From the NCBI RefSeq assembly GCF_009914755.1, contig NC_060943.1: a stretch of DNA of 64,000 nucleotides, one strand, 5' to 3'. Below are positions 31,130-48,610 of the stretch, piece after piece. A model generated the notes under the pieces. That model had not been told where the DNA came from, made no database searches, and saw only the letters and a list, made by a program, of their open reading frames with translations. The position numbers and the translations under genes are program-made. Every line of letters starts with the position of its first letter. Position 1 is the stretch's first letter. The DNA is from the human T2T-CHM13v2.0 reference genome, Homo sapiens.

Positions 31130-32227
31130 TGAACAGCTGGGATTACAGGCACCCGTCCCCATGCCCGGGTAATTTTTGTATATTTAGTAGAGATGGGGTT
31201 TCACCATGTTGGCCAGGCTGGTCTCGAACTCCTTACCTCAAGCGATCCATCCGCCTCAGCCTCCCAAAGTGCTGGGATTACAGGCGTGAGCCAGTGCGCC
31301 CGGCTTCTTGAATTAGTTTCTAGGAGAAGCCAAGAACCCCCCCGGGCTAAGCCTCAATTTTGGGGCTCGCCTGTGCTGCATCAGCTTCACACCTAGAGAA
31401 GAGAGTGAAAGAGAAGGGAGAGCCGTCCTTTTGGGCTGCCTTGAAATAAAGGTTGACCCATGGGTTCATGTATTGTCATTCATTCTCATTTTCTCTTCCT
31501 CTCTTTCTCTCTCTCCCCTGCCCCTTAAGTTAGCTTTTCTACACCCTACCTGGATAAGGATAAGAAATAGAAGGAGGGGACACTTTAGGATGCTACAAAA
31601 TAAAATACAACAACAACAACAATAACAGCAGCAGCAACAACAACAACAGCAACAAAAGGGGAAGAAACAAATCTGGCCACTGCACATTCCTCCTTGCCAA
31701 CAAAAAGCCGCGGATGCAAAAAGCTGCCCTTCACTGCATAGACAGAACAGGGCGCGCTCGAGCTATGAATCTCGGAAATTACTCAAACCATCAGCCTCTG
31801 CAAGAAGCAAAGTGGACGGCCGGGCGCGGTGGCTCACTCCTGGAATCCCAGCACTTTGGGAGCCCGAGGTGGGCGGATCACGAGGTCAGGAGATCGAGAC
31901 TGTTCTGGCTAAGCCAGTGAAACCCCCTCTCTACTAAAAAAATAACAAAAGCGAAGTGCATCTCCCATAAACGAGGTACTGCAGGAAGAAAGCAGAAAAT
32001 GAGACCCGAGTACACACATGCACGCGGGCGTGCGCACACACACACCAGAAGAAATGAACCAAGAGGAAAGGAAATATTTTCAAGTAAGCATTTGGAGATG
32101 GGAAAAACACCTTGAAACAGAAATTCATAAAGTACACACATGTTTTTTTTTTAAGTTAAAAGAGGAACAATAATAAACAGGCAGAAAATGAATAAAAAAT
32201 AAAATGTCATATCAGAAGTGAAGATAA

Positions 32228-32446
<219 letters not shown>

Positions 32447-33989
32447 TAGAGTCATCATGGAAATTAAACAACCTGCTTCCAAATGACTTTTGGGTAAAGA
32501 CTGAAATTAAGGCAGAAATAAAAAAATTATTTGAAACTAATGAAAACAAACATACAACATCCCAGAATCTCTGGGACACAGCTAGAACAGTGCTCAGAGG
32601 AAGTTTCTAGTGCTATATGGCTACATTAAGAAGCTAGAAAGATCTCAAATGAACCGCCTAACATCACACCTAGAGGAATTAGAAAAACAAGAGCAAATCA
32701 ACCCCAAAGCTAGCAGAAGAAAAAAAAAAAAACAAAATCAGAGCTGAGCTGAATGAAATTGAGATGTAAAATACCATACAAAAGATCAATGAAACCCAAA
32801 GTTGATTTTTTAAAAAAATTATTTATTTATTATTTATTCCATAAATTATTGGGGTACAGGTGGTATGTGGTTACATAAGCTCTTTAGTGGTGATTTGTGA
32901 TTTTGGTGCACCCATCACCTGAGCAGTATACACTACCCCCTATTTGTTGTCTTTTATCCCTCGCCCTCGCCAACTCGTCCCCCTAAGTCCCCAAAGTCCA
33001 TTGTATCATTCTTATGCCTTTGTGTCCTCATAGCTTAGGTCCCACATATCAGTGAGAACATACGATGTTTGGTTTTCCATTCCTGAGTTACTTCACTTAG
33101 AATAATACTCTCCGGTCTCATCCAGGTCACTGCAAATGCTGTTAATTCATACAAAGTTGATATTTTTGGAAGCATAAATAACATGGAAAGACCACTAGCT
33201 AGATTAATAAAGAAAAAAAGACAAGATCCAAATAAACACAATCAGAAATGACAGAGGTGACATTACCACTGACCCACAGACATACAAGAAACCCTGAGAC
33301 TATTCCACATGCCTCTATGCACAAAAACTAGAAAACTAGAAGAAATAGAGAAATTCCTGGAAACATAAAACCTCTCAAGATTGAACCAGGAAGAAATGGA
33401 AACCCTGAACAAACCAACGATGAGTTCCAAAATTGAGTTAGTCATACAAGACCTACCAACCAGCGCAAAAAACCTTAGACTAGACGGATTCACAGTCGAA
33501 TTCTACCAGATGTGTAAAGAAAAGCCGGCACCAATCCTACTGAAATTATTCCACACAATTGAGGAGGAGCAACTGCTCTCTAACTCATTCTATGAGGTCA
33601 GAGTCATTCTGATACCGAAACCTGGCAGAGACACAACGAAAAAAGGAAAATAGGTAAAGTAATACATATGTTAATGATCTTGATTTAGCCATTCTACGGT
33701 ATATACATATTTCAAAACAATATGTACATGATAAATATGTACAATTTGTCAATTAAAAATATATAAAAGGAAGAGGAAAAAATTCAAATGGCGTAGAATT
33801 TGAAAGGAGAAGATACAGAACAAACTCCAGTGTCTTCTTTATTCAACTATATATACACACGTTCAATGGACCGGGAGCAGTGGCTCAAGCCTGTAATCAC
33901 AGCACTTTGGGAGGTCAAGGCGGGCAGATCACCTGAGGTCGGGAGTTCGAGACCAGCCTGACCAACAGAGAGAAACCCCAGCTCTACTA

Positions 33990-34142
<153 letters not shown>

Positions 34143-34150
34143 TCAGTCTC

Positions 34151-34181
<31 letters not shown>

Positions 34182-35255
34182 TTAATGAATGAATGATGAG
34201 ACCGTTGGTGACATCTCCCACCTTCTCCCTCTCACTCCACTGCAGCCACACGGGGCTCCTCACTGTTCCCGTAGCAGCAGGCATGTGCCCCCACAGGGCC
34301 TCTGTACTGGCTGTTCCCACTGCCCGAACACCCTCATGCACCATCTGCACTGTCCAATACGGCCGCCTCTGGCCACACATGGCTACTGAGCAGTTGAACA
34401 TGGCTGGTCCAAACCAAGATTTCCAAGACGTCGTGTGGTAAAAAAAACAACATAAAATTTTGCAAAAATGTTTCTATTGATTATGTTAAAATTATGATGT
34501 TTTAGGTATATTAGGTTAAATCAGCTATTTTATCAAAATGAATCTCGCCTGTTTGTTTTTGCTTTTTTTTTTTTTTTTTTTTTTTTTGAGATGGAGTCTC
34601 GCTCTGTCGCCCAGGCTAGAGTACAATGGCGTGGTCTCAGCTCACTGCATCACTGCAACCTCTACCTCCCAGGTTCAAGCGATTCTCCTACCTCACCCTC
34701 CCAAGTGGCTGGGATTACAGGCGTGTGCCACCACACCCAGCTAATTTTTGTATTTTTGTAGAGACAGGGTTTCACCATGTTGGCCAGGCTGGTCTCGAAC
34801 TGCTGACCTCGTGATCTACCTGCCTCGGCCTCCCAAAGTCCTGGGATTACAGGTGTGGGCCACTGCGCCGGCCATGTTTCTCGACTTCTGCTGGCAAGCA
34901 TGTTCCAGTATTTGCATGGCTCCTAGCCCTCATCTCCATTTCTCTGCACAGATGTTATCTTCCCCATGAGGTCTGCCTTATACATGAGGCGTGTATTATA
35001 AAGTGCAACTGCCAATTCGCCAACCCCGTTGTTTCTTCTCTCCAGAACACTAGGCACCATCTGATCTCCTATGCCTTTTCCTTATTGTCAGATACTGAAC
35101 TCTCAGATACAGTTCCCCTTCCTCCCTCCAGGGGGCGCCATGGAACGCAGGGCCCTCACTGGCCCTGGGGACTGGGTGACGTCAGGGGTGAGCCTCTGGT
35201 GATTGGCTCCCTCACCCTGCGTAAGATCAAAGGGCCTAAAGGTCAGCCCCGACAC

Positions 35256-35374
35256 CCGGAGCCATTGTGGCTCCGGCCGGTTGCGCGGGCCCTCGGACCC
35301 TCAGAGAGGCGAGGGTTCGAGGGCACGAGTTCGAGGCCAACCTGGTCCACATGGGTTGAAAAAAAAATTTTTTT
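35256..35374 (+). ncRNA. SNAR-C: snaR B/C type, copy 7
   Basis: Identical to copy 1 by eye. Confidence 0.92.
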
Positions 35375-35403
35375 ATCGTTCCCAATATAACAACAAAACA
35401 TAA

Positions 35404-35648
<245 letters not shown>

Positions 35649-36370
35649 TGACCAGGCTGGTCTTGAACACCTGGCCTCAAATGATCCACTCGCCTTGGTC
35701 TCCCAAAGTGGTAGGATGACAGGCGTGAGCCACCGCGCCCAGCCTCTTCTATTCTTTTAGAGACAGCGTCTCACTCTGTTGCCCAGGCTGGAGTGCATTG
35801 ATGTGATGTGTGATCATAGCTCATTGCAGCCCTGACCATCCGAGCTCAAGCAATCCTTCTGCCTCAGCCTCCTGAGTAGCTGGGGCCGCAGATGTGCACC
35901 ACTGCACCTGGCTAATTTTTAACATTTTTTGTGGAGCCAGAGTCTGTATAAAATAAAGTGTAAATAGTACCATAAATAAAGAATACATAGTACCATTTTA
36001 TAGTAGTATAAAACGGACATTAGAAACTCTGGACTTAAAGTTTAAAAAAATACACAAAAGTAGTTCTCAAGTTCTAGAGACTTGGAGAATCCAGGAATCA
36101 ACAATGTCGTGGAACTCCTACAGCCTTTCATAAAGAATGGCCCTCGAGGAAAGTGGAAATTGTCAGTGGGCATTGTGTTCGTGCCTCAGCTAAACACGGC
36201 AGGAATTTATTTATAACCTAGTGTAACATCCTCGAGGCACTGTTCAATTAGTCAAGCAATTGTAAAATTCTCCCAGTCTTAGAAAAGATACAGGTGTGTG
36301 TCCCTCTGCTGTGGCTGTGCACTGACGCTTCAGTAAAAGTTGCCGTCTAAAACCACCGGCCTGCCCTTGA

Positions 36371-36517
<147 letters not shown>

Positions 36518-37624
36518 TGAACAGCTGGGATTACAGGCACCCGTCCCCATGCCCGGGTAATTTTTGTATATTTAGTAGAGATGGGGTTTCACCATGTTGG
36601 CCAGGCTGGTCTCGAACTCCTTACCTCAAGTGATCCATCCGCCTCAGCCTCCCAAAGTGCTGGGATTACAGGCGTGAGCCACTGCGCCCGGCTTCTTGAA
36701 TTAGTTTCTAGGAGAAGCCAAGAACCCCCCCGGGCTAAGCCTCAATTTTGGGGCTCGCCTGTGCTGCATCAGCTTCACACCTAGAGAAGAGAGTGAAAGA
36801 GAAGGGAGAGCCGTCCTTTTGGGCTGCCTTGAAATAAAGGTTGACCCATGGGTTCATGTATTGTCATTCATTCTCATTTTCTCTTCCTCTCTTTCTCTCT
36901 CTCCCCTGCCCCTTAAGTTAGCTTTTCTACACCCTACCTGGATAAGGATAAGAAATAGAAGGAGGGGACACTTTAGGATGCTACAAAATAAAATACAACA
37001 ACAACAACAATAACAGCAGCAGCAACAACAACAACAGCAACAAAAGGGGAAGAAACAAATCTGGCCACTGCACATTCCTCCTTGGCAACAAAAAGCCGTG
37101 GATGCAAAAAGCTGCCCTTCACTGCATAGACAGAACAGGGCGCGCTCGAGCTATGAATCTCGGAAATTACTCAAACCATCAGCCTCTGCAAGAAGCAAAG
37201 TGGACGGCCGGCCGGGCGCGGTGGCTCACTCCTGGAATCCCAGCACTTTGGGAGCCCGAGGTGGGCGGATCACGAGGTCAGGAGATCGAGACTGTTCTGG
37301 CTAAGCCAGTGAAACCCCCTCTCTACTAAAAAAATAACAAAAGCGAAGTGCATCTCCCATAAACGAGGTACTGCAGGAAGAAAGCAGAAAATGAGACCCG
37401 AGTACACACATGCACGCGGGCGTGCGCACACACACACCAGAAGAAATGAACCAAGAGGAAAGGAAATATTTTCAAGTAAGCATTTGGAGATGGGAAAAAC
37501 ACCTTGAAACAGAAATTCATAAAGTACACACATGTTTTTTTTTTAAGTTAAAAGAGGAACAATAATAAACAGGCAGAAAATGAATAAAAAATAAAATGTC
37601 ATATCAGAAGTGAAGATAAATTAA

Positions 37625-37840
<216 letters not shown>

Positions 37841-39383
37841 TAGAGTCATCATGGAAATTAAACAACCTGCTTCCAAATGACTTTTGGGTAAAGACTGAAA
37901 TTAAGGCAGAAATAAAAAAATTATTTGAAACTAATGAAAACAAACATACAACATCCCAGAATCTCTGGGACACAGCTACAACAGTGCTCAGAGGAAGTTT
38001 CTAGTGCTATATGGCTACATTAAGAAGCTAGAAAGATCTCAAATGAACCGCCTAACATCACACCTAGAGGAATTAGAAAAACAAGAGCAAATCAACCCCA
38101 AAGCTAGCAGAAGAAAAAAAAAAAAACAAAATCAGAGCTGAGCTGAATGAAATTGAGATGTAAAATACCATACAAAAGATCAATGAAACCCAAAGTTGAT
38201 TTTTTAAAAAAATTATTTATTTATTATTTATTCCATAAATTATTGGGGTACAGGTGGTATGTGGTTACATAAGCTCTTTAGTGGTGATTTGTGATTTTGG
38301 TGCACCCATCACCTGAGCAGTATACACTACCCCCTATTTGTTGTCTTTTATCCCTCGCCCTCGCCAACTCGTCCCCCTAAGTCCCCAAAGTCCATTGTAT
38401 CATTCTTATGCCTTTGTGTCCTCATAGCTTAGGTCCCACATATCAGTGAGAACATACGATGTTTGGTTTTCCATTCCTGAGTTACTTCACTTAGAATAAT
38501 ACTCTCCGGTCTCATCCAGGTCACTGCAAATGCTGTTAATTCATACAAAGTTGATATTTTTGGAAGCATAAATAACATGGAAAGACCACTAGCTAGATTA
38601 ATAAAGAAAAAAAGACAAGATCCAAATAAACACAATCAGAAATGACAGAGGTGACATTACCACTGACCCACAGACATACAAGAAACCCTGAGACTATTCC
38701 ACATGCCTCTATGCACAAAAACTAGAAAACTAGAAGAAATAGATAAATTCCTGGAAACATAAAACCTCTCAAGATTGAACCAGGAAGAAATGGAAACCCT
38801 GAACAAACCAACGATGAGTTCCAAAATTGAGTTAGTCATACAAGACCTACCAACCAGCGCAAAAAACCTTAGACTAGACGGATTCACAGTCGAATTCTAC
38901 CAGATGTGTAAAGAAAAGCCGGCACCAATCCTACTGAAATTATTCCACACAATTGAGGAGGAGCAACTGCTCTCTAACTCATTCTATGAGGTCAGAGTCA
39001 TTCTGATACCGAAACCTGGCAGAGACACAACGAAAAAAGGAAAATAGGTAAAGTAATACATATGTTAATGATCTTGATTTAGCCATTCTACGGTATATAC
39101 ATATTTCAAAACAATATGTACATGATAAATATGTACAATTTGTCAATTAAAAATATATAAAAGGAAGAGGAAAAAATTCAAATGGCGTAGAATTTGAAAG
39201 GAGAAGATACAGAACAAACTCCAGTGTCTTCTTTATTCAACTATATATACACACGTTCAATGGACCGGGAGCAGTGGCTCAAGCCTGTAATCACAGCACT
39301 TTGGGAGGTCAAGGCGGGCAGATCACCTGAGGTCGGGAGTTCGAGACCAGCCTGACCAACAGAGAGAAACCCCAGCTCTACTA

Positions 39384-39536
<153 letters not shown>

Positions 39537-39544
39537 TCAGTCTC

Positions 39545-39575
<31 letters not shown>

Positions 39576-40649
39576 TTAATGAATGAATGATGAGACCGTT
39601 GGTGACATCTCCCACCTTCTCCCTCTCACTCCACTGCAGCCACACGGGGCTCCTCACTGTTCCCGTAGCAGCAGGCATGTGCCCCCACAGGGCCTCTGTA
39701 CTGGCTGTTCCCACTGCCCGAACACCCTCATGCACCATCTGCACTGTCCAATACGGCCGCCTCTGGCCACACATGGCTACTGAGCAGTTGAACATGGCTG
39801 GTCCAAACCAACATTTCCAAGACGTCGTGTGGTAAAAAAAACAACATAAAATTTTGCAAAAATGTTTCTATTGATTATGTTAAAATTATGATGTTTTAGG
39901 TATATTAGGTTAAATCAGCTATTTTATCAAAATGAATCTCGCCTGTTTGTTTTTGCTTTTTTTTTTTTTTTTTTTTTTTTTGAGATGGAGTCTCGCTCTG
40001 TCGCCCAGGCTAGAGTACAATGGCGTGGTCTCAGCTCACTGCATCACTGCAACCTCTACCTCCCAGGTTCAAGCGATTCTCCTACCTCACCCTCCCAAGT
40101 GGCTGGGATTACAGGCGTGTGCCACCACACCCAGCTAATTTTTGTATTTTTGTAGAGACAGGGTTTCACCATGTTGGCCAGGCTGGTCTCGAACTGCTGA
40201 CCTCGTGATCTACCTGCCTCGGCCTCCCAAAGTCCTGGGATTACAGGTGTGGGCCACTGCGCCGGCCATGTTTCTCGACTTCTGCTGGCAAGCATGTTCC
40301 AGTATTTGCATGGCTCCTAGCCCTCATCTCCATTTCTCTGCACAGATGTTATCTTCCCCATGAGGTCTGCCTTATACATGAGGCGTGTATTATAAAGTGC
40401 AACTGCCAATTCGCCAACCCCGTTATTTCTTCTCTCCAGAACACTAGGCACCATCTGATCTCCTATGCCTTTTCCTTATTGTCAGATACTGAACTCTCAG
40501 ATACAGTTCCCCTTCCTCCCTCCAGGGGGCGCCATGGAACGCAGGGCCCTCACTGGCCCTGGGGACTGGGTGACGTCAGGGGTGAGCCTCTGGTGATTGG
40601 CTCCCTCACCCTGCGTAAGATCAAAGGGCCTAAAGGTCAGCCCCGACAC

Positions 40650-40768
40650 CCGGAGCCATTGTGGCTCCGGCCGGTTGCGCGGGCCCTCGGACCCTCAGAG
40701 AGGCGAGGGTTCGAGGGCACGAGTTCGAGGCCAACCTGGTCCACATGGGTTGAAAAAAAAATTTTTTT
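40650..40768 (+). ncRNA. SNAR-C: snaR B/C type, copy 8
   Basis: Identical to copy 1 by eye. Confidence 0.92.
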
Positions 40769-40797
40769 ATCGTTCCCAATATAACAACAAAACATAA

Positions 40798-41042
<245 letters not shown>

Positions 41043-41763
41043 TGACCAGGCTGGTCTTGAACACCTGGCCTCAAATGATCCACTCGCCTTGGTCTCCCAA
41101 AGTGGTAGGATGACAGGCGTGAGCCACCGCGCCCAGCCTCTTCTATTCTTTTAGAGACAGCGTCTCACTCTGTTGCCCAGGCTGGAGTGCATTGATGTGA
41201 TGTGTGATCATAGCTCATTGCAGCCCTGACCATCCGAGCTCAAGCAATCCTTCTGCCTCAGCCTCCTGAGTAGCTGGGGCCGCAGATGTGCACCACTGCA
41301 CCTGGCTAATTTTTAACATTTTTTGTGGAGCCAGAGTCTGTATAAAATAAAGTGTAAATAGTACCATAAATAAAGAATACATAGTACCATTTTATAGTAG
41401 TATAAAACGGACATTAGAAACTCTGGACTTAAAGTTTAAAAAAATACACAAAAGTAGTTCTCAAGTTCTAGAGACTTGGAGAATCCAGGAATCAACAATG
41501 TCGTGGAACTCCTACAGCCTTTCATAAAGAATGGCCCTCGAGGAAAGTGGAATTGTCAGTGGGCATTGTGTTCGTGCCTCAGCTAAACACGGCAGGAATT
41601 TATTTATAACCTAGTGTAACATCCTCGAGGCACTGTTCAATTAGTCAAGCAATTGTAAAATTCTCCCAGTCTTAGAAAAGATACAGGTGTGTGTCCCTCT
41701 GCTGTGGCTGTGCACTGACGCTTCAGTAAAAGTTGCCGTCTAAAACCACCGGCCTGCCCTTGA

Positions 41764-41910
<147 letters not shown>

Positions 41911-43013
41911 TGAACAGCTGGGATTACAGGCACCCGTCCCCATGCCCGGGTAATTTTTGTATATTTAGTAGAGATGGGGTTTCACCATGTTGGCCAGGCT
42001 GGTCTCGAACTCCTTACCTCAAGTGATCCATCCGCCTCAGCCTCCCAAAGTGCTGGGATTACAGGCGTGAGCCACTGCGCCCGGCTTCTTGAATTAGTTT
42101 CTAGGAGAAGCCAAGAACCCCCCCGGGCTAAGCCTCAATTTTGGGGCTCGCCTGTGCTGCATCAGCTTCACACCTAGAGAAGAGAGTGAAAGAGAAGGGA
42201 GAGCCGTCCTTTTGGGCTGCCTTGAAATAAAGGTTGACCCATGGGTTCATGTATTGTCATTCATTCTCATTTTCTCTTCCTCTCTTTCTCTCTCTCCCCT
42301 GCCCCTTAAGTTAGCTTTTCTACACCCTACCTGGATAAGGATAAGAAATAGAAGGAGGGGACACTTTAGGATGCTACAAAATAAAATACAACAACAACAA
42401 CAATAACAGCAGCAGCAACAACAACAACAGCAACAAAAGGGGAAGAAACAAATCTGGCCACTGCACATTCCTCCTTGGCAACAAAAAGCCGTGGATGCAA
42501 AAAGCTGCCCTTCACTGCATAGACAGAACAGGGCGCGCTCGAGCTATGAATCTCGGAAATTACTCAAACCATCAGCCTCTGCAAGAAGCAAAGTGGACGG
42601 CCGGGCGCGGTGGCTCACTCCTGGAATCCCAGCACTTTGGGAGCCCGAGGTGGGCGGATCACGAGGTCAGGAGATCGAGACTGTTCTGGCTAAACCAGTG
42701 AAACCCCCTCTCTACTAAAAAAATAACAAAAGCGAAGTGCATCTCCCATAAACGAGGTACTGCAGGAAGAAAGCAGAAAATGAGACCCGAGTACACACAT
42801 GCACGCGGGCGTGCGCACACACACACCAGAAGAAATGAACCAAGAGGAAAGGAAATATTTTCAAGTAAGCATTTGGAGATGGGAAAAACACCTTGAAACA
42901 GAAATTCATAAAGTACACACATGTTTTTTTTTTAAGTTAAAAGAGGAACAATAATAAACAGGCAGAAAATGAATAAAAAATAAAATGTCATATCAGAAGT
43001 GAAGATAAATTAA

Positions 43014-43229
<216 letters not shown>

Positions 43230-44772
43230 TAGAGTCATCATGGAAATTAAACAACCTGCTTCCAAATGACTTTTGGGTAAAGACTGAAATTAAGGCAGAA
43301 ATAAAAAAATTATTTGAAACTAATGAAAACAAACATACAACATCCCAGAATCTCTGGGACACAGCTACAACAGTGCTCAGAGGAAGTTTCTAGTGCTATA
43401 TGGCTACATTAAGAAGCTAGAAAGATCTCAAATGAACCGCCTAACATCACACCTAGAGGAATTAGAAAAACAAGAGCAAATCAACCCCAAAGCTAGCAGA
43501 AGAAAAAAAAAAAAACAAAATCAGAGCTGAGCTGAATGAAATTGAGATGTAAAATACCATACAAAAGATCAATGAAACCCAAAGTTGATTTTTTAAAAAA
43601 ATTATTTATTTATTATTTATTCCATAAATTATTGGGGTACAGGTGGTATGTGGTTACATAAGCTCTTTAGTGGTGATTTGTGATTTTGGTGCACCCATCA
43701 CCTGAGCAGTATACACTACCCCCTATTTGTTGTCTTTTATCCCTCGCCCTCGCCAACTCGTCCCCCTAAGTCCCCAAAGTCCATTGTATCATTCTTATGC
43801 CTTTGTGTCCTCATAGCTTAGGTCCCACATATCAGTGAGAACATACGATGTTTGGTTTTCCATTCCTGAGTTACTTCACTTAGAATAATACTCTCCGGTC
43901 TCATCCAGGTCACTGCAAATGCTGTTAATTCATACAAAGTTGATATTTTTGGAAGCATAAATAACATGGAAAGACCACTAGCTAGATTAATAAAGAAAAA
44001 AAGACAAGATCCAAATAAACACAATCAGAAATGACAGAGGTGACATTACCACTGACCCACAGACATACAAGAAACCCTGAGACTATTCCACATGCCTCTA
44101 TGCACAAAAACTAGAAAACTAGAAGAAATAGATAAATTCCTGGAAACATAAAACCTCTCAAGATTGAACCAGGAAGAAATGGAAACCCTGAACAAACCAA
44201 CGATGAGTTCCAAAATTGAGTTAGTCATACAAGACCTACCAACCAGCGCAAAAAACCTTAGACTAGACGGATTCACAGTCGAATTCTACCAGATGTGTAA
44301 AGAAAAGCCGGCACCAATCCTACTGAAATTATTCCACACAATTGAGGAGGAGCAACTGCTCTCTAACTCATTCTATGAGGTCAGAGTCATTCTGATACCG
44401 AAACCTGGCAGAGACACAACGAAAAAAGGAAAATAGGTAAAGTAATACATATGTTAATGATCTTGATTTAGCCATTCTACGGTATATACATATTTCAAAA
44501 CAATATGTACATGATAAATATGTACAATTTGTCAATTAAAAATATATAAAAGGAAGAGGAAAAAATTCAAATGGCGTAGAATTTGAAAGGAGAAGATACA
44601 GAACAAACTCCAGTGTCTTCTTTATTCAACTATATATACACACGTTCAATGGACCGGGAGCAGTGGCTCAAGCCTGTAATCACAGCACTTTGGGAGGTCA
44701 AGGCGGGCAGATCACCTGAGGTCGGGAGTTCGAGACCAGCCTGACCAACAGAGAGAAACCCCAGCTCTACTA

Positions 44773-44925
<153 letters not shown>

Positions 44926-44934
44926 TCAGTCTCA

Positions 44935-44965
<31 letters not shown>

Positions 44966-46035
44966 TTAATGAATGAATGATGAGACCGTTGGTGACATCT
45001 CCCACCTTCTCCCTCTCACTCCACTGCAGCCACACGGGGCTCCTCACTGTTCCCGTAGCAGCAGGCATGTGCCCCCACAGGGCCTCTGTACTGGCTGTTC
45101 CCACTGCCCGAACACCCTCATGCACCATCTGCACTGTCCAATACGGCCGCCTCTGGCCACACATGGCTACTGAGCAGTTGAACATGGCTGGTCCAAACCA
45201 AGATTTCCAAGACGTCGTGTGGTAAAAAAAACAACATAAAATTTTGCAAAAATGTTTCTATTGATTATGTTAAAATTATGATGTTTTAGGTATATTAGGT
45301 TAAATCAGCTATTTTATCAAAATGAATCTCGCCTGTTTGTTTTTGCTTTTTTTTTTTTTTTTTTTTTGAGATGGAGTCTCGCTCTGTCGCCCAGGCTAGA
45401 GTACAATGGCGTGGTCTCAGCTCACTGCATCACTGCAACCTCTACCTCCCAGGTTCAAGCGATTCTCCTACCTCACCCTCCCAAGTGGCTGGGATTACAG
45501 GCGTGTGCCACCACACCCAGCTAATTTTTGTATTTTTGTAGAGACAGGGTTTCACCATGTTGGCCAGGCTGGTCTCGAACTGCTGACCTCGTGATCTACC
45601 TGCCTCGGCCTCCCAAAGTCCTGGGATTACAGGTGTGGGCCACTGCGCCGGCCATGTTTCTCAACTTCTGCTGGCAAGCATGTTCCAGTATTTGCATGGC
45701 TCCTAGCCCTCATCTCCATTTCTCTGCACAGATGTTATCTTCCCCATGAGGTCTGCCTTATACATGAGGCGTGTATTATAAAGTGCAACTGCCAATTCGC
45801 CAACCCCGTTGTTTCTTCTCTCCAGAACACTAGGCACCATCTGATCTCCTATGCCTTTTCCTTATTGTCAGATACTGAACTCTCAGATACAGTTCCCCTT
45901 CCTCCCTCCAGGGGGCGCCATGGAACGCAGGGCCCTCACTGGCCCTGGGGACTGGGTGACGTCAGGGGTGAGCCTCTGGTGATTGGCTCCCTCACCCTGC
46001 GTAAGATCAAAGGGCCTAAAGGTCAGCCCCGACAC

Positions 46036-46154
46036 CCGGAGCCATTGTGGCTCCGGCCGGTTGCGCGGGCCCTCGGACCCTCAGAGAGGCGAGGGTTCGA
46101 GGGCACGAGTTCGAGGCCAACCTGGTCCACATGGGTTGAAAAAAAAATTTTTTT
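46036..46154 (+). ncRNA. SNAR-C: snaR B/C type, copy 9 (last in the array)
   Basis: Identical to copy 1 by eye. Confidence 0.92.
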
Positions 46155-46183
46155 ATCGTTCCCAATATAACAACAAAACATAA

Positions 46184-46428
<245 letters not shown>

Positions 46429-47149
46429 TGACCAGGCTGGTCTTGAACACCTGGCCTCAAATGATCCACTCGCCTTGGTCTCCCAAAGTGGTAGGATGAC
46501 AGGCGTGAGCCACCGCGCCCAGCCTCTTCTATTCTTTTAGAGACAGCGTCTCACTCTGTTGCCCAGGCTGGAGTGCATTGATGTGATGTGTGATCATAGC
46601 TCATTGCAGCCCTGACCATCCGAGCTCAAGCAATCCTTCTGCCTCAGCCTCCTGAGTAGCTGGGGCCGCAGATGTGCACCACTGCACCTGGCTAATTTTT
46701 AACATTTTTTGTGGAGCCAGAGTCTGTATAAAATAAAGTGTAAATAGTACCATAAATAAAGAATACATAGTACCATTTTATAGTAGTATAAAACGGACAT
46801 TAGAAACTCTGGACTTAAAGTTTAAAAAAATACACAAAAGTAGTTCTCAAGTTCTAGAGACTTGGAGAATCCAGGAATCAACAATGTCGTGGAACTCCTA
46901 CAGCCTTTCATAAAGAATGGCCCTCGAGGAAAGTGGAATTGTCAGTGGGCATTGTGTTCGTGCCTCAGCTAAACACGGCAGGAATTTATTTATAACCTAG
47001 TGTAACATCCTCGAGGCACTGTTCAATTAGTCAAGCAATTGTAAAATTCTCCCAGTCTTAGAAAAGATACAGGTGTGTGTCCCTCTGCTGTGGCTGTGCA
47101 CTGACGCTTCAGTAAAAGTTGCCGTCTAAAACCACCGGCCTGCCCTTGA

Positions 47150-47296
<147 letters not shown>

Positions 47297-48394
47297 TGAA
47301 CAGCTGGGATTACAGGCACCCGTCCCCATGCCCGGGTAATTTTTGTATATTTAGTAGAGATGGGGTTTCACCATGTTGGCCAGGCTGGTCTCGAACTCCT
47401 TACCTCAAGTGATCCATCCGCCTCAGCCTCCCAAAGTGCTGGGATTACAGGCGTGAGCCACTGCGCCCGGCTTCTTGAATTAGTTTCTAGGAGAAGCCAA
47501 GAACCCCCCCGGGCTAAGCCTCAATTTTGGGGCTCGCCTGTGCTGCATCAGCTTCACACCTAGAGAAGAGAGTGAAAGAGAAGGGAGAGCCGTCCTTTTG
47601 GGCTGCCTTGAAATAAAGGTTGACCCATGGGTTCATGTATTGTCATTCATTCTCATTTTCTCTTCCTCTCTTTCTCTCTCTCCCCTGCCCCTTAAGTTAG
47701 CTTTTCTACACCCTACCTGGATAAGGATAAGAAATAGAAGGAGGGGACACTTTAGGATGCTACAAAATAAAATACAACAACAACAACAATAACAGCAGCA
47801 GCAACAACAACAACAGCAACAAAAGGGGAAGAAACAAATCTGGCCACTGCACATTCCTCCTTGGCAACAAAAAGCCGTGGATGCAAAAAGCTGCCCTTCA
47901 CTGCATAGACAGAACAGGGCGCGCTCGAGCTATGAATCTCGGAAATTACTCAAACCATCAGCCTCTGCAAGAAGCAAAGTGGACGGCCGGGCGCGGTGGC
48001 TCACTCCTGGAATCCCAGCACTTTGGGAGCCCGAGGTGGGCGGATCACGAGGTCAGGAGATCGAGACTGTTCTGGCTAAACCAGTGAAACCCCCTCTCTA
48101 CTAAAAAAATAACAAAAGCGAAGTGCATCTCCCATAAACGAGGTACTGCAGGAAGAAAGCAGAAAATGAGACCCGAGTACACACATGCACGCGGGCGTGC
48201 GCACACACACACCAGAAGAAATGAACCAAGAGGAAAGGAAATATTTTCAAGTAAGCATTTGGAGATGGGAAAAACACCTTGAAACAGAAATTCATAAAGT
48301 ACACACATGTTTTTTTTTTAAGTTAAAAGAGGAACAATAATAAACAGGCAGAAAATGAATAAAAAATAAAATGTCATATCAGAAGTGAAGATAA

Positions 48395-48610
<216 letters not shown>
